Assembly (NCBI GenBank): GCA_031316235.1
Contig: JALDRA010000001.1
Span: 2,490,001 to 2,522,000 of the forward strand
DNA: 32,000 nucleotides
DNA from: Candidatus Scalindua sp.
GTDB taxonomy: Bacteria > Planctomycetota > Brocadiia > Brocadiales > Scalinduaceae
Reading direction: 5' to 3'
The notes under the pieces were generated by a model, which saw only the letters and a list, made by a program, of their open reading frames with translations, made no database searches and was not told the origin of the DNA. A program made the position numbers and the translations under genes. Below, one piece after another: positions 1 to 8,699 of the stretch (its first letter is position 1; the number at the start of each line of letters is the position of its first letter).

Positions 1-187
1 CTCTTTTTTTATCTTTTCTGCCCAATCTACCGTTTTGTATCTCTTTCAGCTTTTTTTCTTTATTCTGTCTATTAAATTGCTCTTCCGGTTTACGCTTCCA
101 CAGGAAATTTGTCTTTAAGACAAAAAAAGCTGCGGCTGCAAGGATAAGAAATATCAGGCAGGCCCTGATAAGAATCACACTTTTCAT
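1..187 (-). CDS. Partial CDS running off the left edge: N-terminus of a small membrane-anchored or secreted hypothetical protein
   Basis: Minus-strand ATG at 187-185. It translates MKSVILIRACLIFLILAAAAFFVLKTNFLWKRKPEEQFNRQNKEKKLKEIQNGRLGRKDKK..., a hydrophobic N-terminal helix followed by a K/E-rich tail. It is absent from the supplied track because no stop lies in the window. No clear SD. Confidence 0.3.
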   Translation of the reverse strand, partial: MKSVILIRACLIFLILAAAAFFVLKTNFLWKRKPEEQFNRQNKEKKLKEIQNGRLGRKDKKR

Positions 188-237
188 GGTTTATTTTTCG
201 TATTTAGTAGTTTCACGGTTTTTTTTGAATAGTGTTT

Positions 238-378
238 CTATACTGAAACCGATTTGGTTTTCGGTTTTTCTGAAAACCAAATCCTGGTGAAAGTATCCCC
301 GGACAAAAAGCGCCGGGGACTTTACCTGCTCCGTTTTTTCTCGGATTTTATCCGAAACCCAGTATGAAATGAGTATAT
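238..378 (-). repeat. Copy A of a structured dispersed repeat (MITE-like), full length, inverted orientation
   Basis: Its reverse complement reads taatatactcatttcatactgggtttcggataaaatccgagaaaaaacggagcaggtaaagtccccggcgctttttgtccggggatactttcaccaggatttggttttcagaaaaaccgaaaaccaaatcggtttcagtatag. This aligns with the copies at 3069 and 24541. Internal hairpins: tcgga/tccga, tccccgg/ccgggga, gatttggttt/aaaccaaatc. Confidence 0.8.
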
Positions 379-448
379 TATAACATAGTCTTTGAGAGAC
401 ACAATGTATCTTAAGGAGAGACGGGAAACCAGAAAAAACAGCATGTAC

Positions 449-531
449 TCCTCCGGTCACTTCTGTCCGGGGACTTTACCCGCTCCGTTTTTCTCGGATT
501 TTATCCGAAAACCATTATGGAATGAGTATAC
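449..531 (-). repeat. Copy A' of the same repeat, partial (5' arm plus central hairpin only)
   Basis: ttctgtccggggactttacccgctccgtttttctcggattttatccgaaaaccattatggaatgagtata is near-identical to 290-378. It lies about 70 bp from copy A in the same orientation. Confidence 0.75.
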
Positions 532-628
532 ATTGTCGTGGTCTTTCAGCAAATGACAGGATTGTGGATAGGTGTTCAGATCTTGCTGGAATTATCAGTT
601 TATGAGAGGAGAGGCAAAAAGCAGGGAA

Positions 629-2980
629 TCAACCTTGACTATCCCTTGACACAGATATGGTTTTCGAAGCCCCTTTTTTGTCCAGAAACAGCAGCATCTC
701 TTCAGCAGCCTGTTTAAATGTATTATTTTCGTTCCCTTCCAATTCCAGTATCCGGTTACAGGATTGTTTCGCATCTTCATATCTTTTAATCTTAATGAGT
801 GTTTTCGCCAGATTCATATGCAGGCCTGGTTCGGACGGTACATAACGTATCGCTTCGTTTAATTCGTAAACAGCTTTTTCACATCGGCCTGTTTCATTAT
901 AAATTTGGGCAAGTTTATTGTGTATTTCATATTTAAACGGGTATAAGTCTGCTGCCTTTTGATAAGAGGCAATTGCTTCCCTGGTGAAATCCCTGCCCGA
1001 TATCAAACCAAGGGTATGGTAGGCCTGGCCGAGGATAAATGCCGAACGGTAATCTTCCGGATAAAGCTTCTGAACCTCCCCGGCCCCGAGAATAGTATTA
1101 TTTAACCAGAGAGTTGCCTGTTCATGGGTAAAAGATTCCGGTAAGCCTCTTTTTACATACTCTCTTTTTTGATTCAGTGTAATCGCAGCCATCTGCAGAT
1201 AAATCTCATTGCGAACATTGAGGTAATTTATCTCAAAGGGATTGTGCCTTGCAGCCATTTCGTAGTTTTCAATTGCTTCAATTGTTGAATTTCTGTGCAA
1301 TAATTTCTGTGCCCTGCTGAAATAGATGTCCGCCTTATAACGTGTTAAGGTTCCAATGACGAGCAAAACCATGAAAGCCATTACACAGCCGCAGAGTATA
1401 GTCTTTGCCAGTCTGTCAGGGCGAAGAAGGGCGCCTCGCCTTCTTACCCAAAATCCATTATTCTGCTTAAGTTGAATATCTGTTTTGGTTTCTTCAATTA
1501 CTTCGTTTGATAAGGGATTCCCGGTTGTACACGCGATTACCGATAAACCAACAAGAAACCAGATCATGGTGATTATGGGTACATGCCCGAAGCTGAACTG
1601 GTTTTGTATAAAATAAGCGAGGCAACCGGAAGAGAGACCAGTTATCAATATCTTATTCTTACCATCCGTTTCCCTGTATCCTTTCCATATCATTCCTGCA
1701 TAGGCAACAATGAACCAGACATATACACCAAGCCCCAGAAACCCCCTTGAAACTGCCATGTCCAGGATATCATTATGTATCCTGTTCTGGTTTTCAAAGT
1801 TTCCCTGTTTATTCCTTTTCTTATAGACCTTCGAGAGGTACTGAGGATAGAGCATGCCTAATGTATCAGGACCAATCCCAAGAAGAGGATAATCTTTGAT
1901 AATCTCAATTCCCGTCAGGTATTGAAAAACTCTCATAGCCATTGTGCCTCCCAGACGATCGGTATACCCGATCTCCGTCCGGGCAGGATCCGGATCCCTG
2001 CTCTCAACGGAATGAATATCCTGGGTGAACCTCCCGAATACTGAGGTCTTGTCACTGATGTTTGAGGAAACAGAAATACCTATCAGGATAGATAACGTAA
2101 CAGCAGTTCTTATTTTGTGAGTAAAAAGAGTTTTTTTCCCTATGAGAGAAAAGAAAAATATGCTTGAAATCAGGAGGCCTAAAAATGCTGCACGTGTTTT
2201 TGTATAGTAAAAGGCGAACAGGAGTAATGCCAGGATTGCCATGTAGAGAGCGCTCTGGTACCAGATTCTACGGGAAAAAATTTTCACCAGGACCAGGGGT
2301 ATTACCATGATAAGAAAGGCTGAAAAGAAGGCGGGGTGTCCAAAAGTAGAGCTCACCCTGATTCCAAATCCAAAATCCGTGCTCCACTGATAAAGGTCCA
2401 GACCAAAATGCTGAAATATTCCGTAAACAGCCGCCACACAGGCAGTGGAGATAATTACATCAAGAAATACCGGTACTCTCTTTCGTTCAATAAAATGCAC
2501 GACGGTATAGAACAGGATAACATACACGAGGGTGGAAACAAGACCATCGTATCGTTTATATGTCCCGAACAGGCTCATGAAGGGACTAATTGAGAAAAAT
2601 GTTGCAATAGCACTCACGAAGACAAAGGCTGAAACCGGCAGATATAATGGCATGGTAAAAGGGGAAGAAGAGGAGTGGTATCCAGAAAAACCAGATCTCT
2701 CACCCCTTCCCCCCATGACGTGTCCTCGAACAGAGCCCGCATCATTTTTACCTTTCCAGCAGATGGTTAACGTTTTTAGAGACCAGACTGCAACTATGGC
2801 AAAAATTAATATAGAGAGAATCGTAATCTTGCTCAGGTCAAATACGCTGTATAAGCGGACATCATAGAAGAGGGGCACTGCAATAACAATGACGAACAGG
2901 ATAGCCACTATGGTCTGATTATAGAACAGACCTGCACCTGTTTGTTTCTGCTCTGTTGTTTTATCCTGAGGTGTTACCAT
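629..2980 (-). CDS. Polytopic membrane protein of the O-antigen ligase/Wzy-like family with a C-terminal TPR domain
   Basis: 783-aa ORF with many hydrophobic segments. Wzy_C-like region: YYTKTRAAFLGLLISS and NRIHNDILDMAVSRGFLGLGVYVWF. The C-terminal ~230 aa is soluble with TPR-like repeats (AIENYEMAARHNP, AIASYQKAADLYP, AVYELNEAIRYVP). Confidence 0.75.
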   Translation of the reverse strand: MVTPQDKTTEQKQTGAGLFYNQTIVAILFVIVIAVPLFYDVRLYSVFDLSKITILSILIFAIVAVWSLKTLTICWKGKNDAGSVRGHVMGGRGERSGFSGYHSSSSPFTMPLYLPVSAFVFVSAIATFFSISPFMSLFGTYKRYDGLVSTLVYVILFYTVVHFIERKRVPVFLDVIISTACVAAVYGIFQHFGLDLYQWSTDFGFGIRVSSTFGHPAFFSAFLIMVIPLVLVKIFSRRIWYQSALYMAILALLLFAFYYTKTRAAFLGLLISSIFFFSLIGKKTLFTHKIRTAVTLSILIGISVSSNISDKTSVFGRFTQDIHSVESRDPDPARTEIGYTDRLGGTMAMRVFQYLTGIEIIKDYPLLGIGPDTLGMLYPQYLSKVYKKRNKQGNFENQNRIHNDILDMAVSRGFLGLGVYVWFIVAYAGMIWKGYRETDGKNKILITGLSSGCLAYFIQNQFSFGHVPIITMIWFLVGLSVIACTTGNPLSNEVIEETKTDIQLKQNNGFWVRRRGALLRPDRLAKTILCGCVMAFMVLLVIGTLTRYKADIYFSRAQKLLHRNSTIEAIENYEMAARHNPFEINYLNVRNEIYLQMAAITLNQKREYVKRGLPESFTHEQATLWLNNTILGAGEVQKLYPEDYRSAFILGQAYHTLGLISGRDFTREAIASYQKAADLYPFKYEIHNKLAQIYNETGRCEKAVYELNEAIRYVPSEPGLHMNLAKTLIKIKRYEDAKQSCNRILELEGNENNTFKQAAEEMLLFLDKKGASKTISVSRDSQG

Positions 2981-3068
2981 TTTATTTCGTAATAGAGATG
3001 ACAGTTGTGCCGGATGGCGGTTGAACAGAAACCCGGTAGTTCTCTTTCAGCCAGAGAGGTAAGCTGAG

Positions 3069-3178
3069 TATACTCATCTCATACTGGATTTCGGATAAAA
3101 TCCGAGATAAAATTGAGCGAGAAAAGTCCTCGGCTTCTGTCCGGGGATACCTTCACCAGGATCTGGTTTAGTATATAT
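3069..3178 (+). repeat. Copy B of the structured dispersed repeat (short form lacking the 3' gatttggttt hairpin)
   Basis: tatactcatctcatactggatttcggataaaatccgagataaaattgagcgagaaaagtcctcggcttctgtccggggataccttcaccaggatctggtttagtatatat. It sits 89 nt upstream of the Wzy-like gene start, so copies A/A' and B bracket that gene in inverted orientation. Confidence 0.8.
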
Positions 3179-3687
3179 CTGATCCCGCATGAATGAAAGA
3201 GCTGAATCAGGGCTCCGTTGTCTATCTCCCTGCCGATCAATACGCCGTATCTCTTTTCCTACACAAATTTCATTCCCTTTCAAGTAAACGCTATAGATGC
3301 CAGAAGACACGGGAGAAATCAAGAAAAATGGCCTTCATACGTCTCACATGGTGTACAAAATCACGACACGAGAGTTCATAATTTAAACTGATGACAGAGT
3401 TTCTCGCTCCGGAGAGGCAGGATAATCCCCTTTTGCTGCAGGAACTTATAAGAGTATCGAATTATTTAATTTTCAGTCAGCCACCGTGGTATCTATTTTG
3501 CTTGAGATAACCTGCCCGGAAGAAATGTGGCGGAGCTTTTTCCCTAAAGTCTGATTTTTTTATGACGATAAACAAGAGACTTTCTAACACCTGTTCCCCG
3601 GAAAATTTATAAAGATACCACAGGTGTGAGATTACAGTGCCTGCAGGTCTTTTATCCTGTACGGGCAAAAACAGCTATCCGGTAATT

Positions 3688-3833
3688 GGTGCTTGAACGG
3701 AAACCCGGTGGTTGGACCAGAAGTACCCGGATACAAGGCGCGTCATTATTTTGTAACCGGAACGTACTCATGTACTTGAGGATTACGAAATAATTACAGC
3801 AACAGATGAGATGGGTAGTTTTCGTTCAACCAC
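3688..3833. other. Long imperfect hairpin (nested inverted repeats) upstream of the pilin-like gene pair
   Basis: Outer arms: ggtgcttgaacggaaaccc (3688-3706) against gggtagttttcgttcaaccac (3813-3833). Inner arms: cattattttgtaa (3744-3757) against ttacgaaataatt (3783-3796). Apex: gtactcatgtac. A related half-site, ggttgaacagaaacccggtagtt plus ttatttcgtaat, occurs at 2982-3046. Confidence 0.45.
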
Positions 3834-3952
3834 TCATTATACTATTCATTTCATTAAATAGAGGAGGAATGTGAATGTGAGATATACGTTAAGATAAGAT
3901 GTGAATCTCTTTACCCTACTTTAAAAACGTTTTACTATGGAGGTCTTACAGA

Positions 3953-4636
3953 ATGAAAAACAGAAAAAAACTTGATAAGGGTTTTACCCTCATTGAATTA
4001 CTGGTAGTGGTAGCCATTATTGGTATCCTTGCCGCAATCCTTCTCCCTGCTCTGAGTAAGGCACGAGAGTCTGCACGGAAGACACAGTGTACCAGCAACC
4101 TGAAACAGATCGGCCTGGGACTTATCATGTATGCTAACGATAACAATGAAACCTTTCCTACAGGTACAGATCCAATGACTGACCTTAACCTGCTGTATCC
4201 CGATTATATATCTGAAAGAAAATCATTCAGGTGCCCGAGTGACAACCTGGTAACCGTTGTACTCAACTCTGGTATAAGAGAAGCCACGAAATTTACCAAG
4301 GCCCAATGCAGTTATGGGTATGATCCTGCACATAGTATGGCCGATGACCCTGGTACTGCGCTTGCCTCTGATCGCCCTACCAATAGTGCCGCCAATGTAC
4401 CTACTGCGTCTTTGGTAGATAATTCTCCAAATCATGGTGGTACTACCGCAGCCGCTGGTACTGCAGATACTGCCGGTACCGGACAAAATGTGCTCTATAT
4501 TGACGGTCATGTAGAATGGGTGGGAACCCCAACTGCAGGTAGTTATGATTTAACAGGTAATAGAGAAGACATTTATACGGATAATAGCGCAACTTACTTT
4601 GGTAGCGACACTTTTATCCGAATGGATGGTGCATGA
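3953..4636 (+). CDS. Prepilin-type N-terminal cleavage/methylation-domain protein (type IV pilin/pseudopilin-like, DUF1559/H-X9-DG-like family)
   Basis: 227 aa. GGAGG lies 9 nt upstream of the ATG. Class III signal [25 protein letters not shown]-terminal SPNHGG...[12 protein letters not shown] motif. Confidence 0.85.
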   Translation: MKNRKKLDKGFTLIELLVVVAIIGILAAILLPALSKARESARKTQCTSNLKQIGLGLIMYANDNNETFPTGTDPMTDLNLLYPDYISERKSFRCPSDNLVTVVLNSGIREATKFTKAQCSYGYDPAHSMADDPGTALASDRPTNSAANVPTASLVDNSPNHGGTTAAAGTADTAGTGQNVLYIDGHVEWVGTPTAGSYDLTGNREDIYTDNSATYFGSDTFIRMDGA

Positions 4637-4704
4637 TTTCTCACTGTTAGCATAAAAAACTGCAATAGACTAATTTCTAAAGCTTAACCAATTTTTGTGC
4701 TTAG

Positions 4705-4768
4705 GAGACAGCTTTTACTGCCTTAGCTTCTGGAAAACCTTAAGCGCGGCAATAAAGCTGTCTCTTTT
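4705..4768 (+). promoter_or_regulatory. Intergenic stem-loop followed by a T-run between the two pilin paralogs (possible terminator or attenuator)
   Basis: Perfect 11-bp arms gagacagcttt (4705-4715) and aaagctgtctc (4754-4764), then tttt. The loop is long (38 nt). The structure ends 8 nt before the ATG at 4776. Confidence 0.3.
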
Positions 4769-4775
4769 ATCTAAT

Positions 4776-5468
4776 ATGGAAAAACCGAACTCTCAGCAAA
4801 GGGGCAGTAAGGGCTTTACCCTTATCGAACTGCTGGTGGTGGTAGCCATTATCGGTATCCTTGCCGCAATCCTTCTCCCTGCTCTGAGTAAGGCACGAGA
4901 GTCTGCCCGTAAGACGCAGTGCATGAGCAACCTGAAACAGATCGGTTTCGGACTCATTATGTATGCTAATGAAAACAATGAAGTATTCCCTGCAGGTGTG
5001 GACCCAATGACGGACTTCAACCTGCTTTATACCAATTATCTTGTGGAAAGAAAGACGTTCAGGTGTCCGAGTGACAACCTGGTAACTGCTTCAACCGTCT
5101 CTGGCATAGAAGCAGCCAGGAAATTTGATAAGGACGAATGCAGTTACGGGTATGATAATTCACACACTTTGACCGACGATCCGGGGGCTGCCGTCGCCTC
5201 GGACCGTCCTGCATTTGCCGCAGGTGACAATACTACACCCCTGGCAACAGCCAGTTCTCCAAATCATGGTGGTACGACTGGTGATCTTGCTACCGGTGAC
5301 ATTGCCGGTGCAGGACAAAATGTGCTCTATATCGACGGCCATGTCGAATGGGTGGGAACGGTAACTGCAGGTTGGTACCATGCTTCTGGCGCCAGGGATA
5401 ATATCTTCGCTGACGACCTCACTTTAACAGGGGGGACAGATACCTATATAGAACATAACGGTGGATGA
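4776..5468 (+). CDS. Second prepilin-type N-terminal methylation-domain protein, tandem paralog of 3953-4636
   Basis: The start is placed at ATG 4776 ([27 protein letters not shown]...), not the track start 4695, by analogy with the paralog. A 53-nt stretch is identical between 4022-4074 and 4854-4906. Same C-terminal NHGG...[13 protein letters not shown] motif. Confidence 0.85.
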   Translation: MEKPNSQQRGSKGFTLIELLVVVAIIGILAAILLPALSKARESARKTQCMSNLKQIGFGLIMYANENNEVFPAGVDPMTDFNLLYTNYLVERKTFRCPSDNLVTASTVSGIEAARKFDKDECSYGYDNSHTLTDDPGAAVASDRPAFAAGDNTTPLATASSPNHGGTTGDLATGDIAGAGQNVLYIDGHVEWVGTVTAGWYHASGARDNIFADDLTLTGGTDTYIEHNGG

Positions 5469-5611
5469 TTCTCCTTCCCGATGCAGATTCAGCATCCCTC
5501 TTCCTCTTCAGGGAAGACACCGCCTGGAATTTTATCTTTGAGCCACTCTCCAGGTGCATTTTCATATGGCTCTGCCTGGACACATTTATTTATTGTTAAA
5601 CCTGAAAAATT

Positions 5612-5950
5612 ATGAATAAGACAGATGTAGTATCAAATGATAAAGATATAAGATTATCGATTATACAATACAGAGATAGACTCAACAGGATCGTTACCCT
5701 TGCATATCATTGCCTGGAAAAAGACAGACAGGGTAATGAAAATTGTGTAGATAATGGGAAACTTTTAGTTTATGTTAATGAAGAAGAGCTTTACAGGATA
5801 CCGTTTCGAGGAAAATTTACCGAGATGAGAATCTCGGCCTTAATAAAACATATTAATGATATTGTTAAACAGGGAGAGCCTGGTGAATCCCTCTGGGGGC
5901 ATATAGAAAATAAAGTTCTCAGCTGCTGCGGATCCTGTTATATACGATAG
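5612..5950 (+). CDS. Hypothetical protein (112 aa), no recognisable motif; ends in a Cys-rich tail CCGSCYIR
   Basis: Only an isolated ORF in an otherwise gene-free stretch. No convincing SD. Confidence 0.35.
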   Translation: MNKTDVVSNDKDIRLSIIQYRDRLNRIVTLAYHCLEKDRQGNENCVDNGKLLVYVNEEELYRIPFRGKFTEMRISALIKHINDIVKQGEPGESLWGHIENKVLSCCGSCYIR

Positions 5951-6318
5951 TGCATCATGCGGTTTTTCTCGATTGCAGAAGAGTAATGAAAAAGAATTTC
6001 GCTGTTTCTGTTTCACAGATTACCCTCCAGGATCCCCGTTTCAGACCTGAAAACAGCCCTTTTTGCAGCAAAACCCCTTTGAAGGCGAAACACTGTTTCG
6101 CTCTTGTGTCTCAGTGAGCGAAAACATGGGGGTTTTGCCCTCACGGGAGTCCTTAATTACAGCAAGGTGAACGTGAGAGCTCCCTTGTCAGAGCCCTTAA
6201 TGCTGCCTCATTCCACTCAAATACCTTCTACAAATAGAAGTAATCACATCTTTTTTCCTATTGCTTTTCAGTAGTGTCCGGTTAGGTTTTTGCGTATTTA
6301 ATTTATTGTTCAAAAGAT

Positions 6319-6397
6319 GTCATTCCCGTATGTTTTTAGCGGGAATCCAGGATGAATGAGACTCTCTGGATACCCGATAAAAGCACTCGGGTATGAC
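6319..6397. repeat. Palindromic element: two 32-bp inverted units separated by 15 nt
   Basis: gtcattcccgtatgtttttagcgggaatccag (6319-6350) and ctggatacccgataaaagcactcgggtatgac (6366-6397). Each unit is itself a small hairpin (cccg...cggg). It resembles the widespread gtcattcccgc...gcgggaatcc type of intergenic palindrome (recollection). Confidence 0.6.
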
Positions 6398-6436
6398 AAA
6401 AGCCGCACGTGCAAATTCCTAACCTGACGCTACTGA

Positions 6437-6475
6437 TATATACTCATCTTATACTGGTTTTGAGAAAATTCTAAA
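6437..6475 (+). repeat. Copy C of the structured dispersed repeat (degenerate 5' arm only)
   Basis: tatatactcatcttatactggttttgagaaaattctaaag matches the 5' arm of copies B and D. It abuts the IS200-like tnpA remnant. Confidence 0.5.
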
Positions 6476-6647
6476 GCCCAGACTGGTTTTCGTAGAGTCC
6501 AGGTGCCTGAATGGTGTGAAGTTCTGGGCCGGAGGATACGGTGTGTCAACGGCGGGTTTTGAACGTGAAAAGATAAGAAAAAAGGTAACACCGGCAGGAG
6601 AAACTCGAAAAAAGATCAGGAAGAGGGCAAATTTTAAACAGCCTTGA
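6474..6647 (+). pseudogene. Remnant of the C-terminus of an IS200/IS605-family Y1 transposase (TnpA)
   Basis: The frame containing 6522 translates ...LKPRLVFVESRCLNGVKFWAGGYGVSTAGFEREKIRKKVTPAGETRKKIRKRANFKQP*. FWxxGYxVSTxG followed by E..IR.Y/K is the typical IS200 TnpA C-terminal signature. The N-terminal HUH/Y1 part is not present. Confidence 0.55.
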
Positions 6648-6861
6648 CTGGTTGTCCTTGAGACTGTTTACACCCTTAAACCACCCATTCATGGGGTAAG
6701 CCATGACACGGTTGTATGGAGATTATTTTTGTAACCATAGACAACGTTAATGGTTAGATGTTTCGTGCGCAGGGGCACCCGTGTGAACCCTGAGCGGTTT
6801 CGTCTTTCTGGCGGGGACGGGGGAGCAATTTTGAAAGAGTGTGCTGTATGCAGTAACTCGA

Positions 6862-6891
6862 TTGACACAACCGCAGGAAATATGATACCAT
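6862..6891 (+). promoter_or_regulatory. Weak sigma70-like promoter candidate upstream of the cysteine synthase gene
   Basis: TTGACA at 6862-6867, an 18-nt spacer containing TG, then TACCAT at 6886-6891. About 50 nt upstream of ATG 6944. Confidence 0.2.
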
Positions 6892-6943
6892 GCATTTTCA
6901 GAATATTCTGTAGAAAACGTTATAGTGCAAAAAATCACGGATA

Positions 6944-7882
6944 ATGAAAAGCGATCTTCAAAGTTGCAGCATTGATGAAAAGATAGAGAACTCTCTATTG
7001 AGTTGTGTCGGAAACACACCCTTGATAAAGATTACTGTCTCTCCTTACATTCCGGATACGGTGGAAATATATGCGAAACTTGAGTACTTCAATCCTGGCG
7101 GCTCCATAAAAGACAGGCCTGTCTTAAGGATGATAAAGGAGGCAATCAAGTCCGGGATGTTGACCCACGACAAAGTCATTTTAGACTCCACCTCTGGAAA
7201 TGCAGGGATAGCATACTCAATGATTGGTGCAGCCCTCGGATATGACGTAGAGCTGGTTATGCCGGGAAATGCCAGCGAAGAGAGGAAACAGTGCATCAGG
7301 GCTTTCGGGGCACACATTATTATTACCGATCCGATAAAGGGATATGATGAGGCGATAAGAAAGGCGCATGAGCTGTGCGAAGAAAATCCTGACAAATATT
7401 TCATGCCGGACCAATATGCAAACAGATACAACCCGAGAGCCCATTACGATACTACAGGGGGCGAGATTCTGGAGCAGACTCAAGGTAAGATTACCCACTT
7501 TATCTGCGGTGTAGGGACCGGTGGAACGGTGATGGGAGTTGGAAGGAGATTAAAAGATCATAATCCAGGCATAGAAATTCACGTTATCATGCCGGAGAAT
7601 TTCCCGGGTATTGAGGGGCTGAAGCCCATGGGGGCTGAGTACATAAAACCAAAAATTTATCATGAAGAATTTATTGAGGATATCAGATTACCTATAACAT
7701 CTGAAGATGCGAAGGAGATGTGTAATATTTTATCAAAAGAGATGGGGATTTTTGTCGGACTCTCCTCCGGAGCCTTCCTGAAAGGGGCAATTGAACTGGC
7801 AAAAAAGATTAACAGGGGAACAATTGTTACCATTTTTCCTGATACCGGAAGCAGGTATTTCAGCACACAGTTGTGGGAGTAG
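6944..7882 (+). CDS. cysM: PLP-dependent cysteine synthase (CysM/CysK family, O-acetylserine or O-phosphoserine sulfhydrylase)
   Basis: 312 aa. GNTPLIKI; PLP-lysine motif NPGGSIKDRP; STSGNAGIA; GVGTGGTVMG; PDQYANRYNPRAHYDTTGGEI; IEGLKP. The CysM versus CysK assignment is tentative. Confidence 0.85.
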   Translation: MKSDLQSCSIDEKIENSLLSCVGNTPLIKITVSPYIPDTVEIYAKLEYFNPGGSIKDRPVLRMIKEAIKSGMLTHDKVILDSTSGNAGIAYSMIGAALGYDVELVMPGNASEERKQCIRAFGAHIIITDPIKGYDEAIRKAHELCEENPDKYFMPDQYANRYNPRAHYDTTGGEILEQTQGKITHFICGVGTGGTVMGVGRRLKDHNPGIEIHVIMPENFPGIEGLKPMGAEYIKPKIYHEEFIEDIRLPITSEDAKEMCNILSKEMGIFVGLSSGAFLKGAIELAKKINRGTIVTIFPDTGSRYFSTQLWE

Positions 7883-7941
7883 GAAAGAGAATCAGATGAG
7901 GAAAATTCCATAAAATTTTATCAGAAAAGATCCTAAAAAAT

Positions 7942-8667
7942 ATGAAAAAAACCATTTTTACAATTCAGGTAGTAACGTTATGCGTGTGTCTTACCATTTC
8001 AAATCTCGGCTGCGGGGGTAAGCTGAATGATGCGACAGAGCACTTCGATGTCGGTGTACTCCACTGGAAGCAGGGAAGGATTGATGATGCAATTGAAGAA
8101 TACAATAAAGCTGTCGAAATCTATCCAGACTTCGAAATGGCACATTATAATCTCGGTTCGATGTATTATGAAAAGGGAGATATTGGTCTTGCAATAGAAT
8201 CCTTCAAAAAGGCTGTTGAAATAAAACCTGACCTGGTTGAAGCACACTCCATGCTTGGTGTTGCATACGAAATGCACAATATGTTTCAAGATGCGGTCGA
8301 AGAGTATCAGAAGTCCCTGGAACTCAGCCCGAACCAGGCGGGAACCCATACCAACCTGGGAAACCTCTACTACAAGATGGAAAAATATGATAAGGCAATT
8401 GAGGAGTATAAAAAAGCTATCAGCATAACCCCTGACTTTGCAGAGGCTTATAATAACCTTGGGTTTGTCTACTATGAGACCCAGAAATACAGCTTTGCCA
8501 TTAATGAATTTAAGAAGGCCGTAGAGCTGAAACCGGATTATATAAGCGCACATACGAACCTCAGCCTGGCATACAGAAAAGTAGGTCTGCATGATCAGTC
8601 TAAAGAAGAAATTGAAATTGCGAAACAACTTGCAATGAAAGAACAGGCAAACCAGGGACAACGATAA
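7942..8667 (+). CDS. TPR-repeat lipoprotein
   Basis: 241 aa. Signal peptide with a lipobox-like ISNLGC. At least six 34-aa TPR units (AIEEYNKAVEIYPDF, AIESFKKAVEIKPDL, AVEEYQKSLELSPNQ, AIEEYKKAISITPDF, AINEFKKAVELKPDY). Confidence 0.85.
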   Translation: MKKTIFTIQVVTLCVCLTISNLGCGGKLNDATEHFDVGVLHWKQGRIDDAIEEYNKAVEIYPDFEMAHYNLGSMYYEKGDIGLAIESFKKAVEIKPDLVEAHSMLGVAYEMHNMFQDAVEEYQKSLELSPNQAGTHTNLGNLYYKMEKYDKAIEEYKKAISITPDFAEAYNNLGFVYYETQKYSFAINEFKKAVELKPDYISAHTNLSLAYRKVGLHDQSKEEIEIAKQLAMKEQANQGQR

Positions 8668-8699
8668 CTCGATTGTATGGAAAGTCCCATTCTAAAGGT

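Noticed and set aside
191-460. 89-aa minus-strand ORF from the track
   Set aside because: It lies entirely on repeat copies A and A'. Its sequence is a read-through of hairpin repeats, and the same repeat is non-coding at its other locations.
3074-3322. 82-aa minus-strand ORF containing SSGIYSVYLKGNEICVGKEI, reminiscent of T9SS/Por-type C-terminal sorting tails
   Set aside because: The supposed C-terminal half is translated across repeat copy B. There is no upstream ORF that could supply a passenger domain, and the resemblance rests on a few residues only.
3193-3668. Small ORFs 3193-3381(+) and 3477-3668(-) in the 3.2-3.9 kb spacer
   Set aside because: No motifs and no SD. They sit in a region dominated by repeats and hairpins, so they were treated as non-coding.
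4695-4775. Upstream extension of the second pilin-like ORF (track start 4695)
   Set aside because: The extension covers the intergenic hairpin and places 36 extra residues ahead of the G/FTLIE cleavage motif. The paralog has a short leader, so ATG 4776 fits better.
6689-7019. Three mutually overlapping ORFs (6689-6895-, 6747-7019-, 6750-6944+) upstream of cysM
   Set aside because: They overlap one another and the cysM start and have no recognisable motifs. This is typical of chance ORFs in a non-coding leader.
7999-8661. 220-aa ORF antisense to the TPR lipoprotein gene
   Set aside because: It is a mirror-frame artefact of a repetitive, AT-rich TPR gene (F/L/I/K-rich, no motifs). The sense strand has clear TPR periodicity and a lipoprotein signal.
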